Both the position numbers and the translations under genes were made by a program. The notes beneath the pieces are model-generated. The model saw only the letters and a list, made by a program, of their open reading frames with translations. It was not told the DNA's origin and made no database searches. A DNA stretch of 63,912 nt, counting the filler, from an uncultured bacterium (GTDB lineage Bacteria; DAOPZR01): assembly GCA_964637655.1 (NCBI GenBank). It is 7 parts of 7 records of this genome, joined end to end, with 100 filler letters (N's around TTAATTAATTAA, not from the genome) between each part and the next. Parts side by side here need not be neighbours in the genome. Positions count along the whole stretch, not along the records: positions 18,472 to 27,586 come from CAZWUZ010000158.1; positions 27,687 to 36,777 come from CAZWUZ010000159.1; 5 more parts are not named here. The stretch is one strand, 5' to 3'. Shown piece after piece: positions 22,641 through 33,024 of this stretch; positions within the stretch are counted from its first letter, which is position 1; every line of letters starts with the position of its first letter.

Positions 22641-23473
22641 GCACGCTGACCGTCCGGAGCATGACTGCGGCGGAGGCGCAGCTGCCGCTGGCATGGGCGG
22701 CGCGCGAAGGGTGGAACCCGGGCGGGCAGGACGCGGAACTGTTCTATGCGGCCGACCCGCAGGGGTTCTTCGTCGGGCTCGAGCAGGGCGAACCGGTTGC
22801 GACCATTTCCGCGGTCACGTACGGCGACCGCTATGCCTTCATCGGGCTGTTTATCGTGCGCCCCGACCGGCGCGGTGACGGCATCGGCCCGCTGCTGGCG
22901 GAAGCGGCACTCGCGCATTGCGGCGAGCGGACCATTGGCATCGACGGAGTACTCGCCAAGGTGCGCAATTACCGCACGTACGGGTTCGTGCTCGCGCATC
23001 GCAACGCGCGCTATGCGGGCGACGGTACTGCGGCGCCGGCATCCGTCTGCGAGCCGCTGGCCGCGTTCGACGAGGAGGAAGTGATGGCTTACGACCGTCG
23101 CCATTTTCTCTTCCCGCGCGACACGTTCCTGCGTGGCTGGCTGCAGCAGCCGCAGGCGCTGGCGCTGGGCGTGCGTCATGACGGGCACCTCGCCGGCTAC
23201 GGAGTGGTGCGCAAGTGCCGGGTCGGCTACAAGCTCGGCCCGCTCTTTGCCGATACTCCCGACATCGCCGCCACGCTGTGCATGGCACTCGCCGCACCGG
23301 CGGCCGGGTCGGTCTATTTCCTCGATATCCCCGAAGCCAACCCGCAGGCGCTGGCGCTGGTGCAGCAGCGCGGCATGAAGGAAGTGTTCGCCACCGCACG
23401 CATGTATCGCGGCGCGGCGCCCGCCCTGCCGCTCGAGCGCATCTACGGCATCACCTCGTTTGAACTTGGCTGA
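22637..23473 (+). CDS. Tandem GNAT acetyltransferase (YitH-like)
   Basis: WAAREGWNPG, FIGLFIVRPDRRGDGIG, GYKLGPLFAD, FATARMY, GITSFELG. Confidence 0.9.
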   Translation: MSTLTVRSMTAAEAQLPLAWAAREGWNPGGQDAELFYAADPQGFFVGLEQGEPVATISAVTYGDRYAFIGLFIVRPDRRGDGIGPLLAEAALAHCGERTIGIDGVLAKVRNYRTYGFVLAHRNARYAGDGTAAPASVCEPLAAFDEEEVMAYDRRHFLFPRDTFLRGWLQQPQALALGVRHDGHLAGYGVVRKCRVGYKLGPLFADTPDIAATLCMALAAPAAGSVYFLDIPEANPQALALVQQRGMKEVFATARMYRGAAPALPLERIYGITSFELG

Positions 23474-23553
23474 AGCCCTGACGCCACGCCCGGTGATTTG
23501 CCTCTGCGTATCCAATATGTTACATTTGCGCGGTATCCCTCGGGAGGGGAAAG

Positions 23554-25131
23554 ATGCCGGACCGTTGGCACCGCCTTGCAGGCGCTTTATGTGTGTTCTG
23601 CCTTTGTGCGGGACTGGTGTCGGCAGCGGCTGCGGATACCCTGCCGTATAATCCGCTCAACCCGGACGGTTTCTCCATCCTCGATGCGGTATTTACCACG
23701 CTGGCGCATGACCCGAACATCCAACTGGCGCAATTCGACGTGCAGGCGAGTGCGGGCACGCTGCAAGCGGCCCGCGGTACGTTCGACCTGACCATCGGCG
23801 GTTCAGCCACCGGCGCAGTCACGCGCACCCCGACCGTGGCCTTGACCCGCGCGACGACCGGGGTACCCGCCACGGTCACCGCGACCACCAGTTTCGACAA
23901 TTCCGTAACCCAGCCGTTCCGCAGCGGTGCTTCCGCCTCGCTCGCCGCCAATCTGACCCGCAGTGAAGACCTTACCCTGTACTCCGCGACCAGCCCGACC
24001 AACCGTTCGAGCATTACGTTCACCTTTGCGCAGCCGCTGCTGCGCGGGCGCGGGGCCGAGGTCGCGGCGGTGGCGGAGCGCACGGCCGCGCTCGAATACG
24101 AGGCGAGTGAACACACCTTCCGGCACACCATCAGCCAGCAGCTCAACGCCACGGTGCAGGCGTACTGGGCGCTGGTGGTGGCGCACGAGCAACTGACCGC
24201 GCGGCAGCATTCCGAGGAGAGTGCCCAGACCATCATCGACAAGACACGCAAACTGATCGAGGCGGGTGAGACCCCGCGCGCCGAGCTCGACCAGGTGCTC
24301 GCCACCTACGAGCAGAATCGCGCCGCCCGGCTCGACGCCGGGCAGAATCTTTTCGCCGCACAGCAGGCGCTGACGCTGGTCATGGGTCTCGACCCGCGCC
24401 TCGACACGCTGCCGCTCCCGCTCAGCCGCCTCGACAGTTTCACCGCGGCGAGCATCGGACCGCCGGCCCCGGTCGCACGCTATCTCGCCCTGGCGCTCCG
24501 GCAGCGCCAGGATTATCGGGCTGCGGTCAGGCGCGTGGCCGCGGCCCGGGCGGCCCTGGTCGCCGCGCAGCACGATCTGCTGCCCGACCTCGACCTGGCC
24601 CTGGCCGCGGGGTACAACGGACTCGACGAGGGCAGTGCGCCCGATGATTTTCTGCGCGGCTACAGCAACAGCATTCATGGCGCCAATGTCTCAGCCACCC
24701 TCACCTACGGCTGGCCGGTGGGCAACAACGCGGCGCGCGGCACCCTGCTGCTGCGGGAATCGGCCTATCAGCGGCAGGCGCTGAATGCCGACAATCTCGC
24801 CCGCACCATTCGCAGCCGCATCATCACGCTGGCCAATGCCATCACGCGCGGACTCGATTCGCTGCACAGCAGCCAGGCCGCATACCGTTTCTATGAGACC
24901 GCGCTGGCCAACGAGAAGAAGAAGTACCTGCTGGGCAATTCCACCCTGATCAACATCATCAACTATGAGGATCGCCTCACCAGTGCGCGGCTGAACGTGC
25001 TTGCCGTACAGCAGGAACTGGCGTACAACGTGGCGCAGTTGCGCTACGAGACGGGAACCCTGACCGACGCCGCCACGCCCGAGGCCAGGGTCACGGTCGC
25101 GGCGCTGACCACGCTGCCGCCCGTCGAATGA
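23554..25131 (+). CDS. TolC family outer membrane protein
   Basis: Signal peptide; QPLLRGRG, VQAYWALV, LLPDLDL; helical OEP repeats. Confidence 0.88.
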   Translation: MPDRWHRLAGALCVFCLCAGLVSAAAADTLPYNPLNPDGFSILDAVFTTLAHDPNIQLAQFDVQASAGTLQAARGTFDLTIGGSATGAVTRTPTVALTRATTGVPATVTATTSFDNSVTQPFRSGASASLAANLTRSEDLTLYSATSPTNRSSITFTFAQPLLRGRGAEVAAVAERTAALEYEASEHTFRHTISQQLNATVQAYWALVVAHEQLTARQHSEESAQTIIDKTRKLIEAGETPRAELDQVLATYEQNRAARLDAGQNLFAAQQALTLVMGLDPRLDTLPLPLSRLDSFTAASIGPPAPVARYLALALRQRQDYRAAVRRVAAARAALVAAQHDLLPDLDLALAAGYNGLDEGSAPDDFLRGYSNSIHGANVSATLTYGWPVGNNAARGTLLLRESAYQRQALNADNLARTIRSRIITLANAITRGLDSLHSSQAAYRFYETALANEKKKYLLGNSTLINIINYEDRLTSARLNVLAVQQELAYNVAQLRYETGTLTDAATPEARVTVAALTTLPPVE

Positions 25132-25153
25132 GCCGCGAAAGGAAAACCTACTG

Positions 25154-26425
25154 ATGGCAGACGACAACCCGCTGTTCCGCAAGGTCGCGCTCGAACGCCT
25201 GTCGAACCCGGAACAACTCGACCAGCTGATGGAAGTCACTTCGCCGCGCCTCTGGCTGGCGCTGGCCGGACTCGCCGTCATCGTCGTGGCCGCGCTTGGC
25301 TGGTCGGTGTTCGGCACCATTCCGGAAAAGGTTGCGAGCCGCGGAATTTTCCTGACCACGGGCGGCACCGTGCGCGTGACCGCGGCGGCGGGCGGCCAAC
25401 TGGTCGGATTTTCGCTCGCGGCCGGCGACCGTATCAGCGCCGGCGACCTGCTCGCCCGCGTTGCCCAGCCCGAACTGGCGGTTGATTTCGCCCGGGCCCA
25501 GGCGGAGTGCGACCGCGTCCGCGCTGAATACGCCAGCAAGAGCGCCGAGGGGCTCGACGAAGATGTTCGGCTCAACCTGCTCGCCAACACCCGCCGCCGC
25601 GAGGCCACCAACCTGTCAATCCGCAACCTGCGCGAGTACCTCGTGCAGTTGGAAAGCAAGGTGCGCACCCAGGAGGAACTGCTGGCGCAGGGGCTGGTCG
25701 TCCCGCAGACGGTCCTGAGCACGAAACGTGAGGTGACGGACGCGCAGGAACGCATCCGGCAGCACGAGGTCGATCTCATCAGCATTGCGGCCGAAGCGGC
25801 CTCCCTGCGCAAGACCCCTGAGGGAACGCTCGAGCAGTTGCAGAAGGAACTGCAGCAGGCAGAGGCCGCACTGCAGCAGCAACTCGCCAAACTCGAAATT
25901 GCCGACCGCATCGAGTCACCCTTCACGGGGCGCGTGCTCGAGGTATTCACGTATGACAACGACCGCATCACCGCCGGCGCACCCGTCTGCACGCTCGAAC
26001 TGACCGATACGGCACAGCAGCGGCTCGAGGCGGTACTGCTGGTGGCGGCCGCCGACGCGGCCCGCGTGCGCGCCGGTCAGGCGGTCATGCTTTCCCCGGA
26101 CAACGCCCGCAAGGAGGAATACGGGATGCTGGCCGCCACGGTGGACGCGGTTGCCGGCTATCCGACCAGCATCGCGTCGATCAACCGCTACCTCAACAAC
26201 GAGGCGCTGGCGCGTGCCATCGCCGGCGAAGACGCGGTCGTCGAGATCCGCGCCACCCTGACCCCCGATCCCGCCACCCCGAGCGGGTACCGCTGGTCAT
26301 CGTCGCGCGGCTATCCCGAGCCGCCACGCAGCGGCACGCTCTGCGCGGCGGAGATTGTGGTCACGCAGAAACGTCCCATCACGCTCGTGATTCCCGCGCT
26401 CAAGTCGCTGGTCAATGTCGACTGA
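25154..26425 (+). CDS. NHLP bacteriocin system secretion protein (HlyD-like adaptor)
   Basis: LFRKVALERLSNPEQLDQLM, IESPFTGRV, TPSGYRWSSSRG, GTLC, RPITLVIP. Confidence 0.9.
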   Translation: MADDNPLFRKVALERLSNPEQLDQLMEVTSPRLWLALAGLAVIVVAALGWSVFGTIPEKVASRGIFLTTGGTVRVTAAAGGQLVGFSLAAGDRISAGDLLARVAQPELAVDFARAQAECDRVRAEYASKSAEGLDEDVRLNLLANTRRREATNLSIRNLREYLVQLESKVRTQEELLAQGLVVPQTVLSTKREVTDAQERIRQHEVDLISIAAEAASLRKTPEGTLEQLQKELQQAEAALQQQLAKLEIADRIESPFTGRVLEVFTYDNDRITAGAPVCTLELTDTAQQRLEAVLLVAAADAARVRAGQAVMLSPDNARKEEYGMLAATVDAVAGYPTSIASINRYLNNEALARAIAGEDAVVEIRATLTPDPATPSGYRWSSSRGYPEPPRSGTLCAAEIVVTQKRPITLVIPALKSLVNVD

Positions 26426-26454
26426 CGCAGGGTTCCGGCACCCGGGACGCAGGC

Positions 26455-27586
26455 ATGGCACGTAACCGCGTCAGGACGCCCACCGTCATCCAGATGGAGG
26501 CGGTGGAGTGCGGCGCCGCCGCTTTGGCCATCGTCATGGCGCACTACGGGCGCATCGTGCCGCTGGAGGAAATGCGCCTCGCCTGCGGGGTGTCGCGTGA
26601 CGGCAGCAAGGCGAGCAATATCGTCAAGGCGGCCCGCACCTACGGCTTCGACGCCAAGGGGTATCGCAAGGAGCCGCGCCACTGTTTCGACCTGCCGTTG
26701 CCGCAGATTGTGCACTGGAATTTCAATCATTTCGTGGTGCTCGAGGGGTGCGACAAAAAGCGCGTCTATCTCAACGATCCCGCCTCCGGGCCGCGCACGG
26801 TGCCGCACGAAGAGTTCGACCAGTTATTCACCGGCATCACGCTGACGTTCGCGCCGACGCCGGCCTTCCGGCCCGGGGGCGCGAAACGCTCGCTGCTCGC
26901 CGCGCTGCAGCGCCGCCTGTCGGGCGCCGCGCTGCCGCTCGCTTATGTCGTGCTGTGCGGCCTGCTGCTGGTCGTGCCGGGACTCGCGGTCCCCGCCTTC
27001 GGCAAGATATTCGTTGACGACATTCTCATCCGCCACCTGACCGGCTGGGCGCTGCCGCTGCTTGCCGGCCTGCTGGTCACCGGCATCGTGCAGGCGCTGC
27101 TCACCTGGCTGCAGGAATACTGCCTGCTGCGCCTGGCCACGCGCATCTCGCTGCGCGACTCCAGCGCTTTTTTCTGGCACATCCTGCGCCTCCCCGTCGA
27201 GTTTTTCACCCAGCGCTACGGCGGTGAAATCGGCACGCGGGTGGCCATCAACGACCGGGTCGCGAAACTGCTCACCGACCAGTTCGGCAAGAACCTCATC
27301 AACATCTTTACGGTCAGTTTTTACCTGCTCCTCATGGGGCTCTACAGCGTGCCGCTCACCCTGCTCAGCGTCGGGGTCGCCGCGCTCAACATTGTCGTCC
27401 TGCGCCTCATCACCCGGATCCGGGTCGACCGCAGCCAGAAGATGCTTATCGACGGCGGCAAACTCGCGGGCGTATCGATGGGCGGACTGCAGTCGATCGA
27501 AACGCTCAAGGCCGCCGGCCGCGAATCCGACTTCTTCAGCACCTGGGCCGGCTACCAGGCGAAAGTCGTCAACGCCCAGCAGGAAC
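26455..27586 (+). CDS. NHLP-type ABC transporter with C39 peptidase domain (3' truncated)
   Basis: RTPTVIQMEAVECGAAAL, CGVSRDGSKA, HWNFNHFVV, LNDPA; TM domain follows. Confidence 0.93.
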
Positions 27587-27686
27587 NNNNNNNNNNNNNN
27601 NNNNNNNNNNNNNNNNNNNNNNNNNNNNNNTTAATTAATTAANNNNNNNNNNNNNNNNNNNNNNNNNNNNNNNNNNNNNNNNNNNN
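27587..27686. other. Artificial contig linker
   Basis: N/TTAATTAATTAA/N. Confidence 0.98.
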
Positions 27687-28244
27687 CACGCCATCATACG
27701 CCGCCACTTCCTGCCGCGGTTGCGGCAGGAGGAGTGGCTGGTGACGGACGGGAAGCCGGCACCGGCGAAGTACGCGGCCGGCGAGGCGGGGGCGGGGCTG
27801 AACGCGCGGCTGCGGGTGGCGCTGGTGCGGCACCTGCGCAAACTGCTGCGCTACGAGGACCGCAACTCGATGGCGCACTCCATCGAGACGCGGCTGCCGT
27901 TCCTCGACTACCGGCTCGTCGAATTCGTCACGCAGCTGCCGGAGGAGCACAAGTTCCGGGCGGGCGAAACGAAGCACCTGCTGCGGCGCGGCCTGCGCGG
28001 GACGGTGCCGGACGCCATTCTCGACCGGCAGGACAAGATGGGGTTCGTCACGCCGGAGACGGCGTGGCTGGACCGCTCGCGGATGGAGATCGAGGCGCTG
28101 CTGCATGATTCGCGCGACCGCGGCGAGTTTACGCTGCCGGCGGGCCGGCAGCGGTTATGGCAGCTGTTCAATCGCGAACCTGAAGTGTATCACCAGAGCA
28201 TGTGGAACCTGATCAATTTCCTGCTGTGGTACGAAGAACTATGA
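27687..28244 (+). CDS. Asparagine synthase-like amidotransferase, C-terminal part
   Basis: LLRYEDRNSMAHSIETRLPFLDYRLVE, KHLLR, KMGFVTP. Confidence 0.9.
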   Translation, partial: HAIIRRHFLPRLRQEEWLVTDGKPAPAKYAAGEAGAGLNARLRVALVRHLRKLLRYEDRNSMAHSIETRLPFLDYRLVEFVTQLPEEHKFRAGETKHLLRRGLRGTVPDAILDRQDKMGFVTPETAWLDRSRMEIEALLHDSRDRGEFTLPAGRQRLWQLFNREPEVYHQSMWNLINFLLWYEEL

Positions 28245-29842
28245 ACGCGCCAGGAACCATGAATGTCCGGATATGGCTCGGGGCGACACTGTTGCTGCTC
28301 GCCTGTGCGGCGGTGCATGTGGGCGTTGCCTATCGCGGGATCAGCTGCGATGATGCGCTGCTGCTGGCGCTGAATGGGCACAGCATCCTGGCGGAGCGGC
28401 CGGTGCAAGGCGTGTGGAGCATGGGCGGACTGAAGAGCGAGCCTACTCGCCTGTGGTTCACCAAGCGTTACTGGACGATGCTGGCAAGCTACGCGGTACT
28501 CACCCAGCTGTTCGGACTGCGGGAGCAGGTGCTGCTGGTGTTTTCGCTGGCCTGGTACCTCGTGGCGGGTTGGTGGCTGCTGCGCAGCGCCCGCAATAAT
28601 CTGCCGCCAACCTATGCCTGGCTGGCGCTGACCGTGTATGCGACATCGCCGGTTATATTGGAGACGGCGATCAGCGGGATGAGCGAAAGCATCATGATCG
28701 TTCTGGTCGCGCTGCTCGGGTGGCGGCTGGGCGTGGCGCCGGCGACATGGCGGAACCTGGGGGTGGTGCTCGGGCTGTTGTACCTCGGCTATTTGACCAA
28801 CCCGGTATTCCTGACGGTAATCGCCGCGGCTGTGGTGGTGCTGCTCTGGCGGTATCGCGGGCGCGGCCTGATTGGTCTGCTGGTATTGTATGTCGCCTGC
28901 GTGCCGCTGTCGAACGGACTGCAGAACCTGGCGGGTACCGCGCAGTATCGGGGAACGGCACTATTTACGGAACTTTCCGTCATGAACAGCGATGTGCGCC
29001 TGCTGCTTAATCGTGATACGGCGAATGACTATGCACAGTTCCGCGGTGGTGCCGCGACCGGTGCGGAAACCAGCTTTGCGCACCGCGGCGAACAGCTGCT
29101 GCTGCGGATGAGCGGCAATATGCGCAACTACCTGCAGATGATCGGCAAAAACATGCTGGCCCTGTTCGCGCTGGTCCTGTTCCTGCCGCTGCTGGACCCG
29201 GAATTTCGCACGAAGTATGCCGGCGTGTACCTGTTCATAGTACCGGGCCTGATCCTGACGGTTGCCGGGACGTCGGTGCTCAAGGATGCTACGGCACGAC
29301 GCATTGTGATATTCCTGCCCTGGCTGATCCTGCTTGCCGTGCAGGCGTTGCGCGCTGTGGCGCTCAGAGTGCCCGGTCGCCTGCAGACGGTTGTCATCAT
29401 CGGACTGATTGCGGGCTTGCTGTTGCCCGGCCTGTGGCTGGAGCGGCGGCTGGCGTACCGGAACGGATTCGTTTTTCTCTCGGGAAAGTACACAGACGGC
29501 AGGTTTCCCGCATGGCTGGCAGCGACGGCCGGACCGGGCGCGGCGTTTGTCAGCGACATACCGTGGGATGTCGCATTCTATGCGCAGCGTTCAGCTGCCT
29601 GGCTGCCGCCGACGCTGGCCGATCTGGAACGGCACAACCGCCGCGACGCCGCGGTCAAAGTTGAGTATATCCTGCTCAGCGACTTTGTGGTGCAGCCGTT
29701 CTACGAGCAATTCTGGCGTGATGTCTACCGTGACCGGCCGGAGCGGCTGGGCGGGTTCCGTTGGCAGGAAACGATGACGATCGACGGGCGCAACTACGTG
29801 CTCTACCGGACCGCCACCGATACGGATGCGTCACATGACTGA
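28241..29842 (+). CDS. GT-C fold (ArnT/PMT-like) membrane glycosyltransferase
   Basis: About 11 TM segments; N-terminal loop with a DD pair; located in a polysaccharide cluster. Confidence 0.6.
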   Translation: MNAPGTMNVRIWLGATLLLLACAAVHVGVAYRGISCDDALLLALNGHSILAERPVQGVWSMGGLKSEPTRLWFTKRYWTMLASYAVLTQLFGLREQVLLVFSLAWYLVAGWWLLRSARNNLPPTYAWLALTVYATSPVILETAISGMSESIMIVLVALLGWRLGVAPATWRNLGVVLGLLYLGYLTNPVFLTVIAAAVVVLLWRYRGRGLIGLLVLYVACVPLSNGLQNLAGTAQYRGTALFTELSVMNSDVRLLLNRDTANDYAQFRGGAATGAETSFAHRGEQLLLRMSGNMRNYLQMIGKNMLALFALVLFLPLLDPEFRTKYAGVYLFIVPGLILTVAGTSVLKDATARRIVIFLPWLILLAVQALRAVALRVPGRLQTVVIIGLIAGLLLPGLWLERRLAYRNGFVFLSGKYTDGRFPAWLAATAGPGAAFVSDIPWDVAFYAQRSAAWLPPTLADLERHNRRDAAVKVEYILLSDFVVQPFYEQFWRDVYRDRPERLGGFRWQETMTIDGRNYVLYRTATDTDASHD

Positions 29843-31181
29843 ACTGAACCAGCCGACCATCCTGCGCAACTCGGCAACCAACCTGATCGGCTATTTCTGC
29901 AGTGCGGTATTTACGATGGTGCTGGGGGTGTTCCTCGCCCGCTGGCTGGGGGTTGAACTGCAGGGCAAGTACTTCATCATCATTGCCGGCAATGCGATTA
30001 TCGCGTCGCTATTTTCCTTTTCGATGGACCAGCCGAACATCTATCATGTGGCCAAAGATCCGACCCGCCTCCCCCGGCTGCATACCCAATCGCTGGTCTG
30101 CACCCTGCTGTTCGCGGCAGCCACCGTCATGCTGTTCGCCTGGTGCGAGTCGTGGCTGTCGGCGACGCTGTTCCGCGGTGTGGAGCGGCGCTACATGTGG
30201 CTGATGGTGCTGATGGCGCCGGTGGTCATGTACAAGATCTATTGCCGGGGGCTGCTCGTCGGTATGAACCGCCTGTTTCTGGTGAACCAGCTCAAGGTGG
30301 CGGAGAGCGCATTGCTGCTGGCGGGGAGCGCGGCGGTGCTCTGGTGGCGGCGTGCGGACCTGCTGAACGTGATTCTCGTGTGGTGCCTGGTTTCGCTGGT
30401 GATCGCGTTGTATTATCTGTGGTATTTTGTCGTGCGCTGTCGCGCCCGGCTTGCGTTTAACGGCCGCGAGTTTCTCGCGGCTTTGGGTTTCGGTGCGCGC
30501 GCGCATTACGGCAATTTCCTCTACCTGCTCTATTCGCGGTTCGACCTGCTGCTGGTGAACCTGACCGCCGGCCTGCAATCGAGCGGGGTATATGCCCTGA
30601 CCAACAGCTACTACAACAACTGCGGCACGGTGGTCAATGCCTTTCAGCAGGGTGCGATTCCGCGGATTGCCGGACCGGACCGGGAGCGCGCGCAGGAAGC
30701 CACGGAGCAGACGGCGCGTTTCGTCACGGCCATCCTGACCTTTCTGCTCGTCGGGATCGCCATCTTTGCCTATCTTGGTTTTCGCTGGATTTACGGCCCG
30801 GCCTATCAGGACGCAATTGTGCCGTTGCTCATCATCATGTGCGGCTTGTATTTCCTGTCCGCAGACATGCTCATCAGTTCGTATGTGGCGACGCAACTCG
30901 GCCGGCCGGAACTGGTGTCGATCGTGCCGGTCGTGACGGCCGGGTTCTACGCGCTGAACGCCTTCTACTGGCTGCCGCGCCACGGAATGATCGGCATGGC
31001 GGCAACGATCGTACTGACCAATTTCTGTTCGTTTGTGCTGGTCTATCTCGTCTATTTTCATTTTACCCGGCGCGGGGTGCACCATTTGTTTCTGGTGCGC
31101 ATTGCCGACCTGCGCGCGCTGCGCTTGCGGGTGGTGGCGGCCTGGGGAAAGGTGCAGCCATGGCTGGCGAACCGCCGCTGA
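29835..31181 (+). CDS. Wzx-like polysaccharide flippase
   Basis: LRNSATNL, LARWLG..QGKY, RFDLLLV, GVYAL; 12 or more TM segments. Confidence 0.85.
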   Translation: MTELNQPTILRNSATNLIGYFCSAVFTMVLGVFLARWLGVELQGKYFIIIAGNAIIASLFSFSMDQPNIYHVAKDPTRLPRLHTQSLVCTLLFAAATVMLFAWCESWLSATLFRGVERRYMWLMVLMAPVVMYKIYCRGLLVGMNRLFLVNQLKVAESALLLAGSAAVLWWRRADLLNVILVWCLVSLVIALYYLWYFVVRCRARLAFNGREFLAALGFGARAHYGNFLYLLYSRFDLLLVNLTAGLQSSGVYALTNSYYNNCGTVVNAFQQGAIPRIAGPDRERAQEATEQTARFVTAILTFLLVGIAIFAYLGFRWIYGPAYQDAIVPLLIIMCGLYFLSADMLISSYVATQLGRPELVSIVPVVTAGFYALNAFYWLPRHGMIGMAATIVLTNFCSFVLVYLVYFHFTRRGVHHLFLVRIADLRALRLRVVAAWGKVQPWLANRR

Positions 31182-31984
31182 AATATCAGTGCCCGTATTG
31201 CCGGCACCTGCTGGTCGAGCGGTATTGCGCCACCTGCCGGCATGAGTACCCGCTGGTCGACGGGGCGGTTTCGTTCCTGCGCCCGGAGCTGCTGACGCGG
31301 CGGTTCGGAACGAAGCGCCTGGCACTGGCGCAAACCCTCGGCCGGCGGTTGGACCGCTGGCGGCTGGACGAAGGAGAACGACTGAAAACCGCGACCGCGG
31401 CGATGCACCGGCAGTTTATCGACTTCGCCGGCCTGGCTGATGCCGCAGGGACCCTGCTGGATATCGGGTGCGGTGAGGGGCGGCTGCGGGAACTGCTCCC
31501 TGCGACGATCATCTATCACGGACTCGATCCGGCACCGCCGGCGGAACGCCCGCCGTCCCTGACCATCGGCATTGGCGAACTGCTGCCGTTTCCCGACCAG
31601 AGCATCGATTTCGTCATCAGCACTGCGGCGCTCGACTATGCGTATGACCATGACGCTCTGTTGGCGGAGATACGGCGGGTGCTGCGTCCGGGCGGCCTGG
31701 CGGCATTCGAAGTGGGAACCTGCGACATGGACATGAACGCCCTGGTGACCAGCCGTGCGGGGTTTGTCGTGCGTTCCGCATGGTCGTGGCTGCGCGGGCA
31801 GCTGCCGTGGCGGATGCTGCGCAAGGTCGTCTATCGCGCCCTGTTTTTCCGGCGGATGCACATGCGCTATTTTACGGTGGAACAGCTGCGCGCAGCAGTG
31901 AACGGAGAGTTTGTCATCGACGGGATGCGTGAACATCATTATGAGGGGGCACGATCGATGTTTATCAGGGTGCGGCCGAAATGA
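31160..31984 (+). CDS. Class I SAM methyltransferase with N-terminal Trm112-like CxxC..CxxC
   Basis: CPYC..CATC..YPLVDG; LLDIGCGEG, LPFPDQSID, RVLRPGG. Confidence 0.85.
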   Translation: MAGEPPLKYQCPYCRHLLVERYCATCRHEYPLVDGAVSFLRPELLTRRFGTKRLALAQTLGRRLDRWRLDEGERLKTATAAMHRQFIDFAGLADAAGTLLDIGCGEGRLRELLPATIIYHGLDPAPPAERPPSLTIGIGELLPFPDQSIDFVISTAALDYAYDHDALLAEIRRVLRPGGLAAFEVGTCDMDMNALVTSRAGFVVRSAWSWLRGQLPWRMLRKVVYRALFFRRMHMRYFTVEQLRAAVNGEFVIDGMREHHYEGARSMFIRVRPK

Positions 31985-32982
31985 ACGATACCAGCCAGCC
32001 GCGCAATACTCCGGGCAGCAGCGGCACGCAGCCGCTGGTGAGCGTAGTGGTATCGGCCTTCAACCAGGAGAAGTATATCGCGGCCTGTATCGCCTCCTGC
32101 CTCAACCAGCAGGAGTATCCGGTGGAGGTTATCGTGGTGGACGGCGGTTCGCATGACCGCACACTCGCCATCGTGCGCGAGCGCTGGCCGGACATTTCCG
32201 TCATCGAACTGCCCGAAGTCGCGGCCATGGCGAAGCAGGGACGCAGCGGCAATGCCCTGCTGCGCAATACGGGGTGGCGCCGGGCGCGGGGTGAATATCT
32301 CGTATTTATCGACGGCGATGACGAACTGCTGCCGGAAAAACTGGCCCGGCAGGTGCCGCTGCTGCAGGCGCGCCCGGAACTCGGGTTCGTGTACGGCAAC
32401 CTGCACTATTTCCGTGACGCCATAGGCAGGTGCGGTTTCACCAGTGAAGTCATGCCGACCCTGTCGGGGAATGTCTATCGTGAGGTGCTGCTGCATCCGC
32501 TGGCCCTGGTGCATGCGATTCTTTTTCCCCGCCATGTGCTGGAGGCAGTGGGTGGCTTCGACGAGAGCCTGATCGTTTCATCTGACTGGCAGATCGAGCT
32601 GGAGATTACCAGGCGGTACCCTGTGCTCTATGTGGACGTTCCGGTCGGAATCTACCGTCTCCATGGCGGGGGCATCTCCCGTCGCAAGGGGCTGATGGCA
32701 CGCGGCAACGTGCACATCCTTGAGCGGCTGCTGGACCAGCCCGGTGCGGTGCCGGACGATATGCGGGCCGCGATGGCACTGGAAATCGCGTACGCTCAGT
32801 ATCTCATCAATGACAACGACGCCTGTCGTCAATGGCTTGCGCGTGCGGCCCGTGAGCCGCAGCACTGGCGGGACCGGCTGAAGCGGCTGCAATTCGGATT
32901 GTTGTGCGGGCGTATCGACCCGGACCGCTATTGCCGGTGGAAAGATATGTTCCGGCGCCGGAACGGCTATGACAAGTACTGA
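31981..32982 (+). CDS. GT2 glycosyltransferase
   Basis: VSVVVSAFN, VVDGGSHD, FIDGDD. Confidence 0.9.
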   Translation: MNDTSQPRNTPGSSGTQPLVSVVVSAFNQEKYIAACIASCLNQQEYPVEVIVVDGGSHDRTLAIVRERWPDISVIELPEVAAMAKQGRSGNALLRNTGWRRARGEYLVFIDGDDELLPEKLARQVPLLQARPELGFVYGNLHYFRDAIGRCGFTSEVMPTLSGNVYREVLLHPLALVHAILFPRHVLEAVGGFDESLIVSSDWQIELEITRRYPVLYVDVPVGIYRLHGGGISRRKGLMARGNVHILERLLDQPGAVPDDMRAAMALEIAYAQYLINDNDACRQWLARAAREPQHWRDRLKRLQFGLLCGRIDPDRYCRWKDMFRRRNGYDKY

Positions 32983-33024
32983 TTTGGCGGACAGACAACT
33001 TGAGCCGGCCGGGAGATTTGGAGC

